A stretch of DNA of 13,620 bases from a virus (Duplodnaviria; Heunggongvirae; Uroviricota; Caudoviricetes), in the IMG/VR virus record IMGVR_UViG_2565956608_000003; one strand, written 5' to 3'. Every line of letters starts with the position of its first letter. Position 1 is the stretch's first letter. Shown one piece after another: positions 7,993-13,620 of the stretch. A model generated the notes under the pieces. That model was given only the letters and a program-made list of their open reading frames with translations, searched no databases and was not told the DNA's origin. Both the position numbers and the translations under genes were made by a program.

Positions 7993-8333
7993 GGGAGGGC
8001 ACACTGTATTCCCTGTTGTCTCAGCTGGCCGGAGGACAGGTTTATCCTTATGTGGTCCCGCTGACGGAGGGAAAGCCTGCGGTATCTCCGCCGTGGCTGG
8101 TGTTTTCTGTGGTGTCTGACACGGCATCTGATGTGCTTGATGGGCAGGCTGAATCCAGAATTACCGTGCAGATCGATGTCTGGGCGACAGTACCTGATGA
8201 CGCAGATAATATTCGTGAGCAGGCGCTTGATGCGGTAAGAAAACTGGCACCCTCCGTTATTTCTAAAACGCAGGGGTATGATCCTGACTCCCGTCTGAGC
8301 AGAGCCACGCTTGAATTTCAGGTAATAGCCTGA
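7989..8333 (+). CDS. Tail terminator / tail completion protein (lambda gpU analogue)
   Basis: 114-aa ORF overlapping the upstream gene by ATGA; immediately precedes the major tail gene. Confidence 0.6.
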   Translation: MREGTLYSLLSQLAGGQVYPYVVPLTEGKPAVSPPWLVFSVVSDTASDVLDGQAESRITVQIDVWATVPDDADNIREQALDAVRKLAPSVISKTQGYDPDSRLSRATLEFQVIA

Positions 8334-8352
8334 GGTCGTTAATGATTTACCC

Positions 8353-8375
8353 ACCCGCCGCTGGCGGGTTTTTTT
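8353..8375 (+). terminator. Rho-independent terminator-like hairpin upstream of the major tail gene
   Basis: aCCCGCC-gct-GGCGGG followed by T7 (8369-8375), then AGGAG and ATG 8393. Confidence 0.55.
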
Positions 8376-8392
8376 ATTTTCAGGAGACGAGT

Positions 8393-9097
8393 ATGTCCTC
8401 TAATTTTGAGCGTTCGCAACTGACGAAAATTATGATTTCGTCTGCACCGGTAACAGCAGAAACCCTGGATTCTGCCAGCTATCTTGGCCTGAGCTGTACA
8501 ATCAAAGAGGTGCAGTTTACCGCAGGACAAAAGCAGGATATTGATGTCACCACGCTGTGTTCTGTTGAGCAGGAAAATATTAACGGCCTTGGGGCTGCTT
8601 CAGAGATTTCCATGTCAGGCAACTTTTATCTGAATGCTGCCCAGAACGCGTTGCGCAGTGCCTATGACAATGACACCACGTATGGCTTTAAAGTTATTTT
8701 TCCGTCAGGCAACGGATTTACCTTTATGGCAGAGGTGCGTCAGCATACCTGGTCTGCAGGAACCAATGGTGTTGTGGCTGCAACGTTTTCCCTGCGTCTG
8801 AAAGGTAAACCTGTGCTGACGACAGAGCCGCTGAAAGTGAAGGTCGATTTAAAAAGCACGCTGCGGGTTTCTTCCGGAGCGAAACTTGAAATGGCGGTTG
8901 AGGCTGCGGGGGGTGTGCCGCCTTATTCTTATGCCTGGAAAAAAGGTGGTTCTCCTGTTTCCGGACAGACGGCGGCAACGTTCAGTAAGGCATCAGCAGC
9001 ATCCGGTGATGCCGGTGCGTATACCTGCGAGATTTCTGATTCAGCAAGCCCTGTTAACAAGGTGACCTCCACTTCCTGCACTGTAACCGTCAGTTAA
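8393..9097 (+). CDS. Major tail (tube) protein with C-terminal Ig-like domain
   Basis: Track ORF 8342..9097 reads through the hairpin; realistic start ATG 8393 (AGGAG 8382-8386, 6-nt spacer). C-terminal ~90 aa (PPYSYAWKKGGSPVSGQ...GAYTCEISDSA...CTVTVS) looks like an Ig-like module, as on lambda gpV. Confidence 0.8.
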   Translation: MSSNFERSQLTKIMISSAPVTAETLDSASYLGLSCTIKEVQFTAGQKQDIDVTTLCSVEQENINGLGAASEISMSGNFYLNAAQNALRSAYDNDTTYGFKVIFPSGNGFTFMAEVRQHTWSAGTNGVVAATFSLRLKGKPVLTTEPLKVKVDLKSTLRVSSGAKLEMAVEAAGGVPPYSYAWKKGGSPVSGQTAATFSKASAASGDAGAYTCEISDSASPVNKVTSTSCTVTVS

Positions 9098-9111
9098 TGA
9101 GGATGGATGTG

Positions 9112-9483
9112 ATGACTAAAAATATCCGTAATCTGGCACTGGCAACGATGTCGGGGTTTCGCCATAAAACCGTTGATGTGCCTGAATGGGAGGGAGCAAC
9201 GGTTGTGTTACGGGAACCTTCTGCAGAAGCCTGGTTGCGCTGGCAGGAGATCGTTAAAGCAAAAGATGATGAGACACCGTTATCCGTTGCGGAGCGCGCC
9301 CGCCGAAATCTGGAGGCAGATGTTGAACTGTTCATTGATGTTCTGTGTGATACCGGACTGCAACCCGTATTTTCAGAGGATGATCGTGAACAGGTGATTG
9401 CCGTGTATGGCCCGGTGCATGCGCGGCTTCTTCGGCAGTCTCTGGAACTGATCAGTGATGCCGGCGAGGTTAAAAAAAAGTAG
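9112..9483 (+). CDS. Tail assembly chaperone (lambda gpG analogue)
   Basis: ORF between major tail and tape measure genes; likely start ATG 9112 (GAGGA 9099-9103) rather than 9097; ends ...GEVKKK-TAG directly on an A-rich slippery site. Confidence 0.8.
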   Translation: MTKNIRNLALATMSGFRHKTVDVPEWEGATVVLREPSAEAWLRWQEIVKAKDDETPLSVAERARRNLEADVELFIDVLCDTGLQPVFSEDDREQVIAVYGPVHARLLRQSLELISDAGEVKKK

Positions 9484-9785
9484 CGCTTCCGGGGATGCGT
9501 TTTCTGATGATGCTGGCGCTCAGGATGGGGCGCACATTGTCAGAGTTACGCCGGGAAATGTCCGCATCAGAAATCATGATGTGGGCAGAATTTGACAGGT
9601 TCAGCCCGCTGGGTGACGAGCGGGCTGATATCCGGGCTGCCCAGATTGTTTCAGCTGTTTACGGTGCGCAGGGGGTCAAAGTGCCACTGAATGATGCGCT
9701 TCTTCAGTGGGAGCAGGAGCAGACAGAAGGCGTCTCAGATCCATTTGCCGGACTGGAAAACGCGCTTTTAATAGTGTCTCAGTGA
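9112..9785 (+). CDS. Tail assembly chaperone frameshift fusion (lambda gpGT analogue), by -1 slip at 9474-9480
   Basis: The -1 frame is closed by TAA at 9471-9473 and opens exactly at the heptamer A-AAA-AAG, then runs stop-free to 9785; ATG 9495 has no SD, arguing against independent initiation. Confidence 0.7.
9474..9480 (+). other. Slippery heptamer A-AAA-AAG (programmed -1 frameshift site)
   Basis: Read directly from the sequence; zero-frame stop TAG follows at 9481-9483. Confidence 0.7.
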
Positions 9786-9793
9786 GTCAACAT

Positions 9794-9815
9794 AACCGCT
9801 TCGGCGGTTTTTTTT
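9794..9815 (+). terminator. Rho-independent terminator-like hairpin between GT and the tape measure gene
   Basis: AACCGC-ttcg-GCGGTT stem with a UUCG-type tetraloop, followed by a T-run to 9815. Confidence 0.6.
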
Positions 9816-9825
9816 CGTCCGGAGA

Positions 9826-12800
9826 ATGAGTGTGGCGACATTACGTGAACTGATTATTAAAATCTCGGCAAATTCCCGGTCATTCCAGTCAGAGATCTCC
9901 CGGGCTTCGCGTATGGGGCAGGATTACTACCGTACCATGCAGAACGGAGGCCGACAGTCCGCTGCTGCATCCCGTGAAATGCGGCGTGCACTGGCAGAAG
10001 TGACGGATCAGATAAATACAGCTAAATCTTCGGCACTGAACATGGCGGGGGCATTTGCCGGGGCTTTTGCTACCGGTCATCTTATTTCTCTCGCCGATGA
10101 GTGGAATTCAGTAAATGCCCGTCTGAAGCAGGCCTCACAGTCCAGTGATGATTTTCAGTCATCACAGCGTGAATTAATGGCGATCAGCCAGAGAACGGGG
10201 ACGGCTTTTTCTGATAACGCCAGCCTTTTTGCCCGCTCTGCAGCTTCCATGCGGGAGTATGGTTACAGTTCTGAGGAGGTACTGAAAGTCACCGAGGCGA
10301 TCTCCACGGGCCTGAAATTATCCGGTGCCAGTACAGCAGAAGCCAGTTCGGTGATCACGCAGTTCAGTCAGGCTCTGGCGCAGGGAGTGCTGCGCGGTGA
10401 AGAGTTTAACTCGGTGAATGAGAACGGCGATCGTGTTATTCGTGCTCTGGCTGCGGGAATGGGAGTTGCCCGTAAGGATCTGAAGGCCATGGCGGATAAC
10501 GGAAAGTTGACCGCCGATAAGGTTGTTCCTGCACTGATTAGTCAGCTTGGGGCATTACGTGATGAATATGCGGCAATGCCTGATACGGTTTCATCCTCTG
10601 CAACCAAAGTTGAAAACGCCTTTATGGCCTGGGTTGGTGGTGCGAACGAGGCAAGCGGAGTGACGAAGACGCTCTCCGGTGTGCTGAATGGTATTGCAGG
10701 CAATATTGACACCGTGGCAACCGCTGCCGGTGCTCTGGTTGCCGTCGGGGTAGCCCGATATTTTGGCAATATGGCGTCGTCTGCTGGATCTGCAACTGCC
10801 GGATTAATTACTGCAGCCAGAAACGAAGTGGCTCTTGCTGAAGTGCAACTTCGGGGGACACAGATAGCAACCGCCAGGGCGCGTGCGGCGGTTTATCGTG
10901 CGCAACAGGCGGTTGTTGCTGCTCGCGGTACCGAAAGGCAGGCCGCAGCAGAAGCGAAGCTGACAGCTGCCCAGGTGTCACTTACCCGTAATATTGCGGC
11001 CAGAACAGCGGCACAGACAACGCTGAATAATGTTACGTCAGTGGGGAGTCGTTTATTAAGTGGCGCGCTGGGGCTGGTTGGTGGTGTGCCGGGACTCGTC
11101 ATGCTGGGGGCTGCGGCCTGGTACACGATGTATCAGAATCAGGAGCAGGCCAGAGAATCTGCACGCCAGTATGCCGCAACAATCGACGAAATTCGCCAGA
11201 AAACGTCGGCAATGTCGCTTCCTGAAGCGTCAGATAATGAGGAAAAGACGCGACAGGCACTGAAGGAGCAAAACAGGTTAATTGACGAGCAGAAAAGTAA
11301 GATTAAATCCTTACAGGAAAAAATTGCTGGCTATCAGTATGTGCTGGCAAACCCGGGCTGGACAACCGATAACGGTTTTATGATTAACCACATGACGTCG
11401 GTAAAAACTGTCACAGAAGGGCTTGCAGAAGCAACAAATCAACTGGCAGTTGAACAGTCTCGCCTCACTCAAATGCAGGGCAAAGCGCAATCCATTCAGG
11501 ATGTGCTTGCCGGGCTGGAGGAGCGACGGGTGGCGTTGATCCGTCAACAGGCAGCGGAACAAAACAAAGCGTATCAGTCCCTGTTGATCATGAATGGGCA
11601 GCATACCGAGTTTAATCGCCTTCTCGGGCTCGGTAATGAATTACTTCAGCAGCGACAGGGGCTGGTGAATGTACCGTTACGGCTACCACAGGCAACCCTG
11701 GATGATAAACAGCAGACCGCACTGAATAACAGCGAGCGCGAACTGGCTCTGTCCCGCCTGAAGGGGGAAGCTCGTGAGCGTGCCCGCCTGGGTTATGCTG
11801 CGGATGATCTCGGCTTTGTGGGAGAGGCGTATCAGACAGCAAGACTGAATTATATAAATAACTCACTGGATGCATGGCGAAATAACCAGGCAAATAAACC
11901 CAAAGCGCATAAAAAGACCGAAGCGGAAAAAACAGAGGATATTTATAAACGGCTGATTAAACAGCAAAAAGAACAGATAGCACTGGCAGGGCAGAATACT
12001 GAACTGGCTAAGATGAAATATCAGGTCAGTCAGGGCGAATTATCAACCCTGTCAGAAGCGCAGAAAAAAACGCTTTTGCAGAATGCAGCACTTATCGACC
12101 AGAAAAAGATTCGTGAGCAGCTTGCTGCGTATGAGAGCAGTCTGGCGGACAGTAATGCCAGTGTCAGAGCATCAAATGAGGCTCAGTTACTGGGATATGG
12201 TGAAGGCTCACGGATGCGTGAACGACTTCAGGAAATGTGGAGCATCCGGCAGGAGTTTGAGCAGAAAAATAACGAGCTACTGAGACAGTATCAGGCCGGA
12301 GAAATTGAAGAAGCCCTGTGGAAACAGGAGAAAGAGCTGAATAAAAAATATCTGGAAGAGCGTCTCAGCGATCAGCAGGATTATTATGCAAAGGCTGATG
12401 CTTTACGCAGTAACTGGAATGCCGGGCTCAAAGAGGGGCTGACGAACTGGGCAGACAGTGCCACCGATTATGCTTCGCAGGCGGCAGATGCTGTCGTTTC
12501 CACGATGGACGGGCTGGTATCAAATATTTCCGATGCACTGGCCGGGAATGTTGTGGACTGGAGGAACTGGGGGAGTTCAGTTCTCCGGGAAGTTTCAAAA
12601 ATTCTGATGAATGCAGCCATTGTTAACGGACTGAAATCACTCTCCGGTGCCGGAGGGTGGCTTGGTACGGTCGGCGGATGGATTTCGGGGGCAGTGGCAA
12701 ACGCAAAAGGTGGTGTTTACACATCGGCAAATCTGAGTGCGTACAGCAACAGCATTGTGGACACGCCCACGTACTTTGCGTTTGCAAAAGGGGCCGGGCT

Positions 12801-13059
12801 GATGGGGGAAGCCGGACCTGAAGCCATTATGCCCCTGACCCGGGCGGCGGATGGCTCGCTGGGCGTACGCGCGGTGGGCAGTATGAACGGCAGTGCCGGT
12901 CTGGTGTATTCCCCGGTCTACCACATCGCCATTCAGAATGACGGGGCTAACGGACAGATAGGGCCGGAGGCGGCAGGCAGTCTTGTGCAGCTGATTGACC
13001 AGCGGGTGCAGGCGGTGATGCTGTCCATGCGACGTGACGGAGGAATGCTGAGTGGCTGA
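9826..13059 (+). CDS. Tail tape measure protein (lambda gpH-like C-terminus)
   Basis: 1077-aa ORF after the chaperone pair; Gly/Ala-rich hydrophobic segments near the N-terminus and centre, long coiled-coil-like middle, C-terminus (HIAIQNDGANGQIGPEAAG...RRDGGMLSG) resembling recalled lambda gpH. Start could be ATG 9826 or in-frame GTG 9832 (better spaced from GGAG 9821-9824). Confidence 0.9.
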   Translation: MSVATLRELIIKISANSRSFQSEISRASRMGQDYYRTMQNGGRQSAAASREMRRALAEVTDQINTAKSSALNMAGAFAGAFATGHLISLADEWNSVNARLKQASQSSDDFQSSQRELMAISQRTGTAFSDNASLFARSAASMREYGYSSEEVLKVTEAISTGLKLSGASTAEASSVITQFSQALAQGVLRGEEFNSVNENGDRVIRALAAGMGVARKDLKAMADNGKLTADKVVPALISQLGALRDEYAAMPDTVSSSATKVENAFMAWVGGANEASGVTKTLSGVLNGIAGNIDTVATAAGALVAVGVARYFGNMASSAGSATAGLITAARNEVALAEVQLRGTQIATARARAAVYRAQQAVVAARGTERQAAAEAKLTAAQVSLTRNIAARTAAQTTLNNVTSVGSRLLSGALGLVGGVPGLVMLGAAAWYTMYQNQEQARESARQYAATIDEIRQKTSAMSLPEASDNEEKTRQALKEQNRLIDEQKSKIKSLQEKIAGYQYVLANPGWTTDNGFMINHMTSVKTVTEGLAEATNQLAVEQSRLTQMQGKAQSIQDVLAGLEERRVALIRQQAAEQNKAYQSLLIMNGQHTEFNRLLGLGNELLQQRQGLVNVPLRLPQATLDDKQQTALNNSERELALSRLKGEARERARLGYAADDLGFVGEAYQTARLNYINNSLDAWRNNQANKPKAHKKTEAEKTEDIYKRLIKQQKEQIALAGQNTELAKMKYQVSQGELSTLSEAQKKTLLQNAALIDQKKIREQLAAYESSLADSNASVRASNEAQLLGYGEGSRMRERLQEMWSIRQEFEQKNNELLRQYQAGEIEEALWKQEKELNKKYLEERLSDQQDYYAKADALRSNWNAGLKEGLTNWADSATDYASQAADAVVSTMDGLVSNISDALAGNVVDWRNWGSSVLREVSKILMNAAIVNGLKSLSGAGGWLGTVGGWISGAVANAKGGVYTSANLSAYSNSIVDTPTYFAFAKGAGLMGEAGPEAIMPLTRAADGSLGVRAVGSMNGSAGLVYSPVYHIAIQNDGANGQIGPEAAGSLVQLIDQRVQAVMLSMRRDGGMLSG

Positions 13060-13393
13060 GATAAAAACGCTGCATCTGGTCCCGCGTGAAGGGATGCAGG
13101 TGAGTGAGAAACCGTCGGTGGTGAGGGTTCGGTTTGGTGACGGTTATGAACAGCGCCGCCCCACAGGACTGAATCCTCAACTGAAGACGTTTCAGGCGGT
13201 GTTCCGGGTGACGGATGAGTCAACCCGGCGCTGGCTGGATGAATTTTTATCCTGGCATGGTGGTTACCGTGCCTTTTTGTGGCGACCGCCGAAACATAAC
13301 CGGACGGTGAGGGTGGTGTGTCGGGAGTGGAGCGTCACGGATAACGCCCGGTACAGTGATTTCAGCTGTACGATTGAGCAGGTGGTGAACTGA
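13052..13393 (+). CDS. M: Minor tail protein M (lambda gpM homologue)
   Basis: 113 aa; shares VRFGDGY.QR.P.GLN..LKT, GG..FLW.PP and the C-terminal EQVVN with recalled lambda gpM; overlaps the tape measure 3' end by 8 nt. Confidence 0.9.
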   Translation: MAEIKTLHLVPREGMQVSEKPSVVRVRFGDGYEQRRPTGLNPQLKTFQAVFRVTDESTRRWLDEFLSWHGGYRAFLWRPPKHNRTVRVVCREWSVTDNARYSDFSCTIEQVVN

Positions 13394-13620
13394 TGCAGGA
13401 TATCCGACAGGAAACACTGAATGAATGCACCCGTGCGGAGCAGTCGGCCAGCGTGGTGCTCTGGGAAATCGATCTGACAGAGGTCGGTGGAGAACGTTAT
13501 TTTTTCTGTAATGAGCAGAACGAAAAAGGTGAGCCGGTCACCTGGCAGGGGCGACAGTATCAGGCATATCCCATTCAGGGGAGTGGTTTCGAACTGAATG
13601 GCAAAGGCACCAGTACGCGC
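13393..13620 (+). CDS. L: Minor tail protein L (lambda gpL homologue), 3'-truncated by the window edge
   Basis: Start overlaps the M stop (TGATG); the 76 translated residues (MQDIRQETLNECTRAEQSASVVLWEIDLTEVGGERYFFCNEQNEKGEPVTWQGRQYQ...) are near-identical to my recollection of the lambda gpL N-terminus. Confidence 0.92.
   Translation, partial: MQDIRQETLNECTRAEQSASVVLWEIDLTEVGGERYFFCNEQNEKGEPVTWQGRQYQAYPIQGSGFELNGKGTSTR

Larger units (their letters stand above)
1..13620 (+). mobile_element. Segment of a lambdoid phage or prophage late region (lysis end, packaging, head, tail); extends beyond both window edges
   Basis: Uninterrupted co-directional run of phage lysis, terminase, portal, protease, capsid, head-tail and tail genes with short gaps or overlaps; Rz at the left edge and L at the right edge are truncated by the window. 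Confidence 0.85.

Noticed and set aside
8342-8392. N-terminal extension of the major tail ORF as given in the track (start 8342)
   Set aside because: It translates the terminator hairpin and T-tract; ATG 8393 with AGGAG at the right spacing is the realistic start.
9495-9785. Independent CDS for the 96-aa ORF downstream of the tail chaperone
   Set aside because: No SD before ATG 9495, and its frame opens exactly at the slippery heptamer after a TAA; better explained as the frameshift extension (T part) of the chaperone than as a separately initiated gene.
9889-13223. Several short minus-strand and alternative-frame ORFs inside the tape measure and M genes
   Set aside because: All lie within confidently called + strand genes, have Arg/Pro/Ser-rich translations and no ribosome-binding signals; treated as chance ORFs.
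1-13620. Search for CRISPR arrays, tRNA genes, integrase/att sites, repressor genes or defense-system-like cargo
   Set aside because: No spaced direct-repeat arrays, no tRNA-like intergenic segments and no genes of these classes; the only non-coding gaps are 1221-1367, 3608-3754 and three short hairpin-containing spacers, so no such elements are claimed.

Overview
This window is one contiguous stretch of a lambdoid tailed-phage (probably prophage) late region from an enterobacterial host, with every convincing gene on the + strand. It runs from the end of the lysis cassette (3' part of Rz with embedded Rz1), through two small unknown ORFs, an HNH endonuclease, small and large terminase subunits, portal, prohead protease and HK97-type major capsid protein, then head-tail joining genes, a major tail protein with an Ig-like C-terminus, the G/GT tail chaperone pair, a 1077-aa tape measure protein, and lambda-like M and the start of L. 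Three hairpin-plus-T-tract terminator-like elements sit in the short gaps of the structural operon. I do not see a clear novel multi-gene system such as a defense island; most of the window is a conserved morphogenesis module. The parts most worth follow-up are the two-gene unknown cassette at 427-851, an untracked small hydrophobic ORF between terminase and portal, the A-AAA-AAG frameshift site in the chaperone gene, and the probable cos region between the HNH and small terminase genes. All calls rest on reading the translations and DNA by eye and on recalled family features; no searches were run.
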